From Ramazzottius varieornatus (lineage: Eukaryota > Animalia > Tardigrada), in the NCBI GenBank assembly GCA_001949185.1, contig BDGG01000002.1, forward strand, positions 3,717,826 through 3,781,825: DNA of 64,000 nucleotides, in the 5' to 3' direction. Below the pieces are notes generated by a model, which searched no databases, had not been told where the DNA came from, and worked only from the letters and a program-made list of their open reading frames with translations. A program made the translations under genes and the position numbers. Shown here piece after piece: positions 1 to 11,275 of the stretch. How positions within the stretch are numbered: the first letter of the stretch is position 1; each line of letters opens with the position of its first letter.

Positions 1-748
1 GTTGTACATTTGGATAAAATGTAAAAGATCACAAGGTCAGAGCTATCAGAGGAAGCAACACATTTTGGGTCCTCAGGTTTTACTGGCGCTGTCTGGACAG
101 TACAGTATCAAAAATGGTTTGATGCAACGATCGATAACTAAACAAGGTATAGTACTCGATAACTAGTTACTGATGGATGCGCGGGGGAATCGATTCCATC
201 TGGGAGGACCCTTGAAGCATTTTCGCGGACAAGTTGCGGTGAAGGCTAGTCAAGTACAGCGCACTTCCTTCACTCGCCGGCCTTTACAAAACGGAAAGGA
301 CCAACACACACACCAGTCCCGACTCTGAAAGTGAAGTGACTCCATTAATTCTGGATTTATCACGTTCGGCTTGATGTGCCCATAGGCCCCAGTTGACATT
401 TCGACAACAAGGAAGTACAGCCGGCCGAAGTAAGTCGACATTGTCACGCTTCCTCGTCTTTTCATCACGTGTCAAAGCGCGTGAACCAACGTACGTTGAG
501 AATGGCGAAGAACCCAGCTGAAGCTTGGCGTGTACAAGCCAATCAAAGTCCAAGCTTTTGTCCCTTGACGGACAACGGTCTTCGACGTGGTAATCACTGA
601 TTGGGGGCGTCTGGTTTCTAAACGGATATAACCTCCAGAAAGAAAGTAATGTGGAAGAGCTGAACGACGGGTCAGGGAGCACGTTTTCCATCAGCAAAGA
701 GCTTTTCCAGCTGTATTCCTCCAGGCCATATGTCATCACTTAGATTGA

Positions 749-1693
749 CTACTGCATCTGGGAATGAAACCAGCTCTCCTCGGTGTTGTGCAGCCAATTG
801 AAGATCATCAAGTTTCTCGAGTATTTGGACAGGGCCTTTCCTTGTTCCCGCTCGATATCGCCGTCGGTAAGGGTGCGCATCTTTTCCGGCTCCGGGAAGA
901 CTTGAACACGTTTCTCCGGCCTTGGCGAAGCACTACCCGTGCTACTCCGATCCGAGTCAGCTATGGAAGGCTTCTTGCTCCTTCTTCTCCGTATCAGTTC
1001 ATTGAAGGAGAAGTTCAGGAATTTTCGCTTGATCCTCTGCCGTAACTTCGACCGCTTGACTTGCGCAGGTAGATTAGCCGCAGTAACGTCATCTTGCAAT
1101 AAGGCATTATTCACATCGTCAGGGTATGACACGACCGCTGAGATGCGCTCATGTGCGCCAGTTCGATCGTTAAAATTGATCGGCTCACCTTTATCGTCAA
1201 AGAACATGCTAATCTCATCATCGAAGTCCGAGTTGACCGACAAAGAAGGATCGGAGACGGCAGCCGGTCCTTCCCTCAGGGCATCGTCATGTTCCGGGCA
1301 TGTGGCGGTCCGAATGTCTGAGAAGCTGAAACAGCGAGTAATCTGGTGAGGCTTCACGAAAGCGTTCTGACCGGGTATGAGGAACTCTTGGTCCGCATGA
1401 CGAACAGGGATGTCGACGGAGACATTCAGTGACATCCGTTCAAAGTTTGTGTTAAGCGTTTCGCGGGACTTGGACAGTTGAGCCAGGCGTTTCCGTCGGT
1501 GAGCACCGTCAATTCCGCCAAGGTTGCTGGCCATGGACATGACGGAGAAATCACTGGCGATGGACTCGCGGCTGGGTGAACGAAAACCTCCGCGCATTCC
1601 GGGTGCTTGCAAATATTGTATCGGAAGTAAAGTATTTCCGTACCGAGGAGCCGTTGACTTTGGTGGAAGAGCTTCCATGTTTTTGGACGCCAT
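749..1693 (-). CDS. Hypothetical intronless 314-aa protein, Ser/Arg-rich and probably largely disordered, with a basic cluster and C-terminal motif SKYSRNLMIFNWLH
   Basis: Uninterrupted 945-bp ORF starting at ATG; basic patch KLRQRIKRK...RRRRSKK; no domain confidently recognised. Confidence 0.7.
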   Translation of the reverse strand: MASKNMEALPPKSTAPRYGNTLLPIQYLQAPGMRGGFRSPSRESIASDFSVMSMASNLGGIDGAHRRKRLAQLSKSRETLNTNFERMSLNVSVDIPVRHADQEFLIPGQNAFVKPHQITRCFSFSDIRTATCPEHDDALREGPAAVSDPSLSVNSDFDDEISMFFDDKGEPINFNDRTGAHERISAVVSYPDDVNNALLQDDVTAANLPAQVKRSKLRQRIKRKFLNFSFNELIRRRRSKKPSIADSDRSSTGSASPRPEKRVQVFPEPEKMRTLTDGDIEREQGKALSKYSRNLMIFNWLHNTEESWFHSQMQ

Positions 1694-4600
1694 CGTATGT
1701 CAGTTATCCATACGGGCACCCGATCGATTATTCAATAAACTGTCAGAAATGTTACCGTCCTTTTGAATATTTAACTGTCGGATCCGTGCTGATGGTTACA
1801 ATTCTGGATAAGGAAGGTAAACTGGAGGAGGAGGACAGTGTAAGTATCTCACGCTGTATTGATCGGAATTGAATCTGCTCTAGACGATAATAATTCCAAA
1901 CGACGTTGGGATATTCATGGGAAACTTCGAAAGGAGTTGGACGGTAGGCGCATATTGATAAGAGTCAAATAGGGGGAACAATGGCAGTTTTGTTGAAATA
2001 GAATTTGCATATGAACTCTTGTACGATGACTAGCTGCATAGTCAATATCCGAGATGACGAAGAGAACTCCCGAAAAAGAGTGAGTAAACTTGGCTTACGT
2101 CGATGGCGAGTTGACGGAGTACGGCGTACTTTGCGGCGTGGCTGCGCAAACTAGTGGCGGGTTTTTGTGGTGATCAATAAATTTACTACGACACGCCGAT
2201 CGATCTGGGTCTTAGGGAGTCTGTTACAGCTTCGTCATTCTCGTTAAGCCGAGCTTTTTTGCACTGCGCTTCCAGATCACTTCTAGACTGTCTCTCCATC
2301 GGGATCGCCTGGGAATCCCGTCCACGGCTTTATAAGGCCACGTCGTCGCAGCGGGGAGTGCGTACGTGCTCTAGTCGCAGAGCACGGCTCCTTGTCAAAA
2401 TAAACATACCGGCATACCATTGCAAACACGATACATCAGAAAAATACGTCGGAGCTTTCAGACGAAGGTTCTTTGATTGCAGAATGACTGACCCGATATT
2501 TTACGGTCAGAATCTGCTGCATGTTGATGTAACCTGAAACTTCCGGATTGGCGCGCTCGTACCTTTGACAGAGTCAAATGTCAGCTGCTCCAGCACCCAG
2601 ATCCTCTTTCGCCCTGAGGTTCGTATAATCCTCCCGGCCGAGAAGAAGAGGTTAGTGTGGATTGCTTATCGGTCTTAAATTACTAATATCTGAAATATCC
2701 GACTAGTGTCGATTACGCTGAACATGATGGAAGTCATGTGGAGTTCTCTCGCCTAGCTCGGTATACGTAACCCTCTTCGAGAACATGGGGATGTATGTTA
2801 TCCAACACCGCATTTGACATTTTGAGCTAACAACCTGACAGAAGCATTTTTCACTTGCCACCCTCGTATGCTTTAGAACGATCCTTTTATCGTGCGTAAC
2901 GATTCCGAACATGAAGGTCCGGAAATATACTGCTCGGGTAATGCTCTCGTTGAACCTAATAATATGGATATAGGTCGAACGCATCCAGATCTTTTGGTCA
3001 CACGGAGCAATCATATGCTAACAAATTTGCGGGAGACCCGTCATTAGTATGCAATTCAGTGCCAGAACAGTCAAGAGTCGCGTCCCACATTTCATTCATT
3101 CCCTGCTTCTCTGATTGCAACTCAAGTCTAGCCCATCTGCCGCATTTGAAGGGAATAATCCACGCTGACATTTCTGGCTTACTGGGCGTTTGCCTGCATA
3201 CCATCACTTTCATTTCCGCCTCTACAGCACAAATTTAGTATAACGAGCACTGGTAGAAAACTGTTGAAGACGGAAGGCGCTAAATGGCCCGCTCTGGAAC
3301 AGTTTTGGTATGGATCTTCCACAACCCATACACCTTTGCTTTCATATAAAGTATTCCACACCCTTTTTTCGCGGTTACGCCACATGAGAGGAAACAACAG
3401 GTGGTCTTTCGGAGACGGAAATGGTTCTAACTGAAATGGCTTCCGCTACGCCGGTTGCGAGGCATCAACACTTACCTGCACGTACCGTTACACCCACATG
3501 CAGGAACTCGCAGCGTCACGACCAAAGTCCCGAGCATTTTATGGTTTTTCTTCAGTCGTGCGACACATGCCAGATCTTGTCCACCACCAGAGCTTAATTA
3601 ACGTGTATAATAAAGTACCGGTATGACAGAGCTAGTTTTGCAGTTCGCAAGATCCGACTGGTGAATCAGTGGATAATGAGCCTCACGAAGAGAGTTCGTA
3701 ATACACAACACTGGAATCCTGCGCTATGATTACGCGTACCGAAATCGATCAGTGGCATCTCATCGCCCTCGTCGGCAAACTGGTTGAATATCGGTATGAT
3801 GGATAACATGTACTTCGAAAAGTGGCCAATCTTCCGCACGGCGGACTGGTTAAGATTTTGAAGAAATTCAACCGAAATGACGTTCACTTGAGTCACTTGA
3901 CTGTAGTGAGTGTAGTCTGAAGCAACCGCTGGTTCGTGCCTGAAAACCGCATAAGAAAGTTTACCAAAAGCGCTCATATATTGGGATTATATAGGAAGTC
4001 AGCAAATGGGTATATATCGGTGGCCCAATTTGGGGACAAACGCTCTCCAGTCCAATTGTTCAGCAAACGAGTTTGAAGTTTTGGGACCCCAAGGGCAAAG
4101 TTAAACTGCTGATGCAATCTGGTGTATCAGACATTGAGGAACACACTGCTGAAGTTGGCTAGTGGTCAGATGACTTCGTCAAAAAAGTCTGAAGTGATTC
4201 GTAGTTTCGACTGAATAAAGTTATGACGTGACAATGACGTCATACAGCCCGAATGTGCGTCTGCTCTTTTGTGACAATAAACCTCCATGTGGGAGTGCTT
4301 CAGCTACTAATCACGCCTGGATTTGTTGGCAAACTCTTCTGAACAGGGCGAACAGATTTGTGACACTTCTATCCGTGGCGAAGCGTGGCAGTTCCACCAC
4401 ACGATACCTTTTGAGTTTCATGTCAGAAAACGGTCGTTTGGAGTCAGAAAAGCATGTCCTCAGATTGGGCTGCCAAAACCCAAATGGATTCACCCAGACC
4501 GTTTTCCCAGTGGCGCATATTCTCGTCCAGTAACAAAGGAACCGTGCGCCACAGAAGAAACCGATTTGCCCAACGAGGAGCGGGTCATAACTTTGTCCAC

Positions 4601-5337
4601 TGGCTAAAACTTTGTACAGTATGCCACGAGCTAGTTATACTTGGGTCTTGCCACGTATGTGACGTAGTGTACGAAGTCATAGGCAGTGGTAAAATTACAC
4701 TTATATTCGTAGGACCCGCATCTCGGGAACGCATATTATCAATGTATTCACTTGCCCTTCTAACCTGCCGATCAGAGCGATCTTTCCCCGATGGTGTTGC
4801 TCTACGATACCCTTGGGCCGTTCACTAATCTTCGCCAAATCTTCCTCGCTCACCGGTGGGAAATGTGCATCGACGATGTCCGCCGAATTCTTTTCCGTCT
4901 GGTTGCCCAGATCGATATCGAACCTTTCGAAATACTGGCGCACTTCCTCGTCCTGTTCCCCAAGATGTCCTCACCCATACCCTCTCGGAAGTCTAAATGT
5001 CGAGCCCCAGCGCTGCCTGATGCAGAATCAGCTAGCCGACATTTCGGTGCGAAAAACTTCGGTGTGTCTTCAAGATCATCATCTTCGTCTCCTTCGCCAT
5101 CCTGACCATCGTCCTCCGTATCCTCCCAGTCATCTTCCTCGCGAGCACTTTGCCCTTGGTTAGCTCCAGTCTTGTAATATTTTGGGTAGTTCATGTTGTA
5201 TATCCAGCGGCCTTGAAAGCCATGTCCATGAAGACCCATGTTCACTAGGTTAGTGCACTTCCAGCCCAGTCGAGTTCTTGGTCTCTGTTCTAACGTTCTC
5301 CACTCACAGGTCCTACGCACAAAATCTGATTTAACTG

Positions 5338-5569
5338 ACGAAGGGAATTTGCCATCGCTCCAGTCTTATTTCACAAACTGAAACGGCAGAAAGGTAGAGG
5401 AGAGTTTTTTCTATCGACTCGGACAGACTACGCTGGCAGAAGATGCTGACGTCAATTCCGCTTCCCGCCATGATTTTCTTCTGTCTCAGTCGATGGAAAA
5501 AAGTCCCCTCCACCTTTATACCGTTTCAGTTTGTGGAATAAGACTGGAGCGATGGCAAAATCCCTTCGT
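5338..5569. repeat. Inverted repeat with 49-bp arms (MITE-like)
   Basis: 5338-5386 acgaagggaatttgccatcgctccagtcttatttcacaaactgaaacgg matches the reverse complement of 5521-5569 at 47/49 positions. Confidence 0.85.
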
Positions 5570-6898
5570 GAGCTTGGAATTAGCGCGAAATCAGCTTGTT
5601 ACCTGATTTAGGCAGGTTCTAAACCAAAAAAAGGCTATGCATTGGCACAAACAAAGCTTCTAATACAAAGCAACCTTCTATCGTGAAATCAGCTTTTCTT
5701 CTGCAAAACCAGCAGTTAGGCTAGGCTGGTTACTGGCTAGTTTTACGATGTGGAAGTCCACCTAGTTTTCGTCAAAGGACTCGCTCCAATAAACTGTCGG
5801 GCGGGAAACCAGTGTTCGTATCTGAGAACCCTTCCTCTCGAACGCCTTCGTGTACAGCTCGTCGAACGCAGCTCCGTTACGTGCTTCCAGGTTCTGAATC
5901 GCCATGCGGTTTCGGATGTTACGTTGCTCCCAAGTCGACGAAGACTTACTATTCAGCAGCATGTTGTCGCCCTTGACGATAAGATTCCTTTTTGGCTTGC
6001 TTTGACAGACGCGAAAAACCCACCAATTTTCGTCATAAAATTTTTTGCAAATTCGGCCAACCTTCCAGTTCGATATTCCGTGAAATGATCCTTGCATTGG
6101 ACTGCCGAGTGTGTTCGACTCCGAAAAATGTTTGATAGATCCTGGCATTACACCAGTGGTATACATGGTCGCTCGTAACTCCCGGTTCGCCTGGATCTGT
6201 TCGGGGGCAATGGTCAAGCTCGACCGACGACAAGCGTGATGCCTTGATGTAGAAATTCACAGTTAACACTCTCCGTATGACCGTCCTCTTTGTGTATACA
6301 ATCACTCAGTTTTATTCACCTCCCACTTTCAGCTTTTGGTCTTTCGAGGCTGAGTCTTTTTTTTGCATGTACCTCGGTCTTCTCACCAAAGCAGCACTAA
6401 TGACCAGCGGTCAGCAAAACCTTAGCACGCTGGAAATTTTTTCTACGGTTTCGGGTGGTTTTGGTGAAATTTGGTGTTTCGTCTCTTCGCGCGAGACACG
6501 TGCACGGTATTTGCTTAGAAAAAAACTGGAGCACTGGGAACAGTCTTATCTTTCGAAGCCAAGGCAGGGATGAATTTTGTAGTAAGCAGTGCGGTCAGAA
6601 GAAAATCAAGACGACCAGTTCTCCCTTTTGAGATTTGGCGTTCATGGCCTGCCAATTATCCGAATTTTGACATTTCGAAAATTGCCTATTGGTTGGACCA
6701 GCCTCCGCAACACGGTACCAGCCAGTAAAATTCCTGCATACACGAAGAGGACGGTAGTATTCTGCAAACATGAAAACGATCGTGCTGAAAGTGTTAAGTG
6801 GGCGGTTTGAAACGTGGGGGGAAGCATTCCTGTGGCAGTACTACAGAAATCTAGGTCTATTAGGGCAGCGGAGAAGCCTTAATTAAAAATTTTTGGTG

Positions 6899-7555
6899 TG
6901 GCTATTGTCACCGCCCGAACCGCCTAAACCCCTAATGACACCGTCTTTTTTCCAAATTTTACTAATCAACTCCACAGCGCCTTAAATCTAACGTCACCGC
7001 CTTTTGTAAACGTTTTTGAAATTTGACATGGGGAAGAACACGAAAAATCTAACAACAGAGAAACATTAGATCAGCGTTTCCAGCCATGAAATGGCCAGGT
7101 AGGCATGCTACCAAGACGGGTGCATATTGCTACGGACTGGTCTACAGTGTTGACTATGCCGGCTTTTCTATTAGTAAGACAATCAGAGCTGTTTCTTCCT
7201 CGTCTACGGAGACGTGGGACGAACTTTTCGCTCTCCAGCAAGGTGTGCAGCCAGTGGCGTTGCGACTGATCGTCGCAGNNNNNNNNNNNNNNNNNNNNNN
7301 NNNNNNNNNNNNNNNNNNNNNNNNNNNNGACGATCAAAACATCAGAACAGCAGAAGTTAGCTTCAGTTTCTGTGCTACCAGTTTTCAAAATTTTCAAAAT
7401 GTTTCTCGAGGCGGTGTCTTTAGTACATAAATTTTTCATGAAGACGGTTTCGAATCAATTAAATTTATGATAATCAAAGGCGGTGTCGATAGACTTTTAG
7501 GCGGTTCGAGGCGGTGTCAATAGCGATTAGGAGGTTTAGGCGGTGACTATAGCCA
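6899..7555. mobile_element. Non-autonomous DNA element with TIRs and repeated CACCGCC subterminal motifs; spans the assembly gap
   Basis: Left end tggctattgtcaccgcc, right end ggcggtgactatagcca (16/17 inverted match); caccgc/accgcc motifs on the left are mirrored by ggcggt motifs on the right. Confidence 0.65.
7279..7328. other. Assembly gap (50 N)
   Basis: Run of n characters. Confidence 1.
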
Positions 7556-8023
7556 TTTCCTAAACCTACTGTAGTGCTACCAAATGGGTACTGTCAAGTA
7601 GAAACCCTAAATCATGCGAAAATTCCGAAATTTGCTTTTCTTAGCCTATCTTGTAGAGAAAAAAAACTGCATCGAACTCTAAAATGCCGCAAAAGGCCGT
7701 ACACAAAGAAGCCGGCAAAAAAACGTTGAAATTTCGTCGCCCTTGGGAAGAAAAAAAAGCCCCTGAATGACACTGTTTTTCCCTAAAACTATGCAAATGT
7801 GGAGATTTTTGATTTTTATTAATTAAGAACTGCTGCGTCTCAAGTATTCATGGCTGTTCACATGATGAACAGCCAGACGGGTTGATGAACATTCAACCCG
7901 TCTGTACTTTGAGTTGGCCAAGAAAGAAGTGTACGTGAGACAAGCCAGAGTAAATAAAGCTGAACAGAGACAGACAGAGTACTGTAGAAAATACGGCTTG
8001 AACGTGTACTGCTCGAACAAAGA

Positions 8024-8623
8024 TTAGGCGGTATTCTGCTGAGCACGCAGAGCGACCATCACTTCCCGGTGATTGAGGCGATCCTTATTGAGGAACAAGA
8101 CGAAGCAGATGCCCGCAGGAGTGCCACCGTAATTATCATAGCGAAAGCGATAAGAATTATACACGTAATTGCAGAACGCATAAAGCAGGCACGTACCTTC
8201 GATCACCATCGGAACGACCACAGTGCCGACAGCAATCTTGAGGTAGTGGATCTCTTCTTCCATTGGAAGCTTCTCCTTGTAGCACTTCTGGTCCATGGTT
8301 TCGTAAAAGTCCTTCGCGTACGCGACAATTTGGACACCAGCCTGTTCGTGGGAGATTTGCTTGGTCACGTGGTAGTTATTCACAACCTACAAATGTATCC
8401 ATATAAAGAAGCAGTCCAGAAAATCCAGTCAATGGTTTACGCGAGGAAAACTACTAATTATCAGTCCAGGGCCATTACTCACGTCTCGAATTTCCTTGAC
8501 AAATGGCGCGACATAGGGCAACACAGCTGGAAGTAATCCTTGGACAGTGCCGAGGAGTGGTCCCAGAATGGCGTCCATGGGAGCAGCGAGCATGAAGAAG
8601 CAAACAAACGCGGCTTTGAACAT
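8024..8623 (-). CDS. Transposon cargo gene: about 167-aa protein with signal peptide, amphipathic N-terminus and C-terminal hydrophobic segments
   Basis: Exons 8623-8483 and 8386-8024 joined in frame by a phase-0 GTGAGT...TTTGTAG intron; caaaATG start; 5' UTR intron 8748-8639; TATA box; AATAAA at 7820-7815. A further intron near the C-terminus is possible. Confidence 0.7.
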
Positions 8624-8783
8624 TTTGCGACTTGTAGGCTGAAAATAATGGGAAAGAAAGATAGGCTCTTATGGGAAGAGTATCGTGCAGACGGTAAAGA
8701 TCAGCAAGAAGAAATTCAACAGACTAAAGTTCGCAAGGCGAAACTCACAAGTCTATCAGTGAAAGCTGCCACGCTGGCCTTAT

Positions 8784-8791
8784 CTTTTATA
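8784..8791 (-). promoter_or_regulatory. TATA box of the cargo gene
   Basis: TATAAAAG on the minus strand about 35 bp upstream of a GTGAGT splice donor at 8748. Confidence 0.55.
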
Positions 8792-9806
8792 GGTCACTAG
8801 CCGGTGGTCAGCCCCTCTGGAACTGAGCGCTTGTGTAACAGATCTTCCATCGTTAGTTAGTGTCTTAATGCCACATGCTGTTATCTATCAGCTCGCAAAG
8901 TAGATAATTGAAACGAGCATGTCTAGCACACGGGTACTGATGGTCAGAAAGATTAAAGTTCTAAGCAGGAAAGTTCGATACGAAGAAACACAAGATTAGA
9001 CCACGTAAATTCCCAAAGAGAATGTACCGCGGTTTCAGATTTTACGTGGCGACAAAATGATGGATAGTAATTTGTTGACTCACTTTCACAAGCAAACCAT
9101 TCAAATCAACAAAAACTATCCTCATGAATGTAAATACTGTGGCGAGATTATCGGGACTCCAAAGACGGTTCGGCTAACTGCGCATCTCAAGTTCTGCAAA
9201 AAAGCACCACCAAGCGTCCAGATCAACCCGACCGGCATGCGCTATGGAAGCACTAATGTGGCTGTAGCACCGCAAGCATATACTGGAGGGGAAGAAGATG
9301 AAGATGAGTCGGACGGTGATACTGGTATTTCTATACGAACAGTTGCTTGTCACAAAGGTTTCCTGAGCATTTTATACGCACACTTTGTACTCGAGTTGCA
9401 AAATATCAATTAGTGAATTCGGGGTATTTTACGATGGTATGTGAAAGAGTCTGATGTACACAGAGAATGAAGACGACCAAGATCCGAGTGGACCACTAAT
9501 TACAACACCGCTTCGCACTCCGGCTTTTCCCGATATGGAGTTCTCCACGGACACTTGTCATGCCGATGATGGCCCATTGGCGGCCAGTGAACATCTCAAC
9601 CAAACTATAACCATGTACGACTTGCAGGACGGAAATGGAATAACAATGGAGGACTCGTATGACCATATCTACAACGAAGACCTGGAACGCAAATGATGGC
9701 CGAACAAGAAGCTGCCGAAGTAATAGTCGACGCTGTCGTTACCGATGAACAGCAGGTTAGGTTGATTAATAGGAGCAAATCACACCTTGCAATAATTAAT
9801 TAACAA

Positions 9807-9933
9807 CCGGGTGACGGGATGGTCACCGGGAACTTGCATGGTCTCCAGGTGCCGGTGGCCATCCTGGCTTCCAATGACCATGCAGGTCCCCGGAGTGGTC
9901 ACCGAAGACCTGCATGGTCCCGGGTCGCATCGG
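9807..9933. repeat. Small GC-rich palindromic repeat or MITE in a Sola intron
   Basis: ggtcaccg..actgcatggtc-like motif twice in direct orientation and once inverted (gaccatgcaggtc...gacctgcatggtc hairpin). Confidence 0.5.
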
Positions 9934-11275
9934 ATTATTTGCATTTACAACTGAACGCACTTAGGAACATCAACGTTTTTAGCCTAGCATTTAATTATGC
10001 CAATCGTTAACTGAGTTACGTGCAACAGGCTGGACGTCGCGGAAGAAGAGTAAAGAAGTGGAATGTGGAGAAGTAAGTCGCCGAATACGAAACGTTCAAG
10101 CAGCATCACCAATGCAACAAAGATTGTAGCAAGCTGACCAATGAGCAATGCATCAATCGCCATCACAGCCTGTTTGACTTAAGCCGTAATGAATGCTTCG
10201 CCGTCCTGTTCGGCTCCCTCATCAATGCATTCCCAAGCGATAAAACTGAAGACGATCCTCGCTAAGCCAAGTATCAGTTTGCGTACGGGTTTGACCTCTG
10301 CCGTGGTGGCTTCAAGTACGTCAGCAATATCAGAGACTCCCGTCTGAAGCGGCTGAAAGACTGTGTTAGAAACAGAGGTTTCATTTGCTCAAGCAGTCAC
10401 ATTGGTCAAGCAACAACACGTTAAAACCGGAAAAGTCCCTATGGATCGTTAACTTCCTCCTGGAAAAGGCGTCGCTTTTCGGACTGCCCATGCCAACGCC
10501 GACAAGAGCTGCCATTCAACTTCCCTCCATCTACCTACCTTCGGACTTCAGCATAACTTCCTTGTTTGACATGTTCTGTAAGAAACACGGAATACCAAAC
10601 GAAGACGGCACGATAAAACAGCCATTTTTAAGAAGCACATTTTGCTCGGTGTGGCGCAGACTTGTCAGACACGTGAAAATCCGCGGACTACGCACTGACT
10701 TGTGTGGTACTTGTGACCAACTGATCAGCCAGATTTTCAATGGCAGCCGCATGGGCACAGTTGTGGACGATCTGCGACAGCGATGGGACGCTCACCGGAA
10801 GCACGCCAAGGACGAACGAGCTGCGTATAAGGCTCACATTTTAGCCAACAAGGAACTCTATGCAAAGCACATCACGTCCGACAACCAGTTCCCTCCCGGT
10901 GTGAAGGGAACGCGTGTCATCACATTTGATTTCGCGCAGAGCGTTGCCCGGCCCTACCATACGGGTCAAACTGATCCTCCTTATTTCAAGGTAAGAGCGA
11001 TAACCTGAAGCAATAGCAATAACTTAATAGTTCCAGTTTTTACAGACTCTCCTGAAAAAGGCACTTTTCGGGCTCGTCGATGAAACGAGATCCAAGAGCC
11101 ATTTCTTCCTGATGGACGAAGGGAATACAATAGGGCAGAATGGCACGGGAACCGACGGACCAGACTCTGTGGTTTCCATGGTGGACTATTACCTCTCACA
11201 AAATCATAACGGGGAAGAAAAGCTGATTATTTACTGTGACAACTGCGCCACGTACTTATTTTATAATAACTATTC

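Noticed and set aside
7601-7612. AAACCCTAAA as a telomeric repeat
   Set aside because: A single unit that is part of the Sola TIR
8069-8536. Plus-strand 155-aa ORF, and similar antisense ORFs over real genes
   Set aside because: Shadow frames of opposite-strand genes with no independent gene signals
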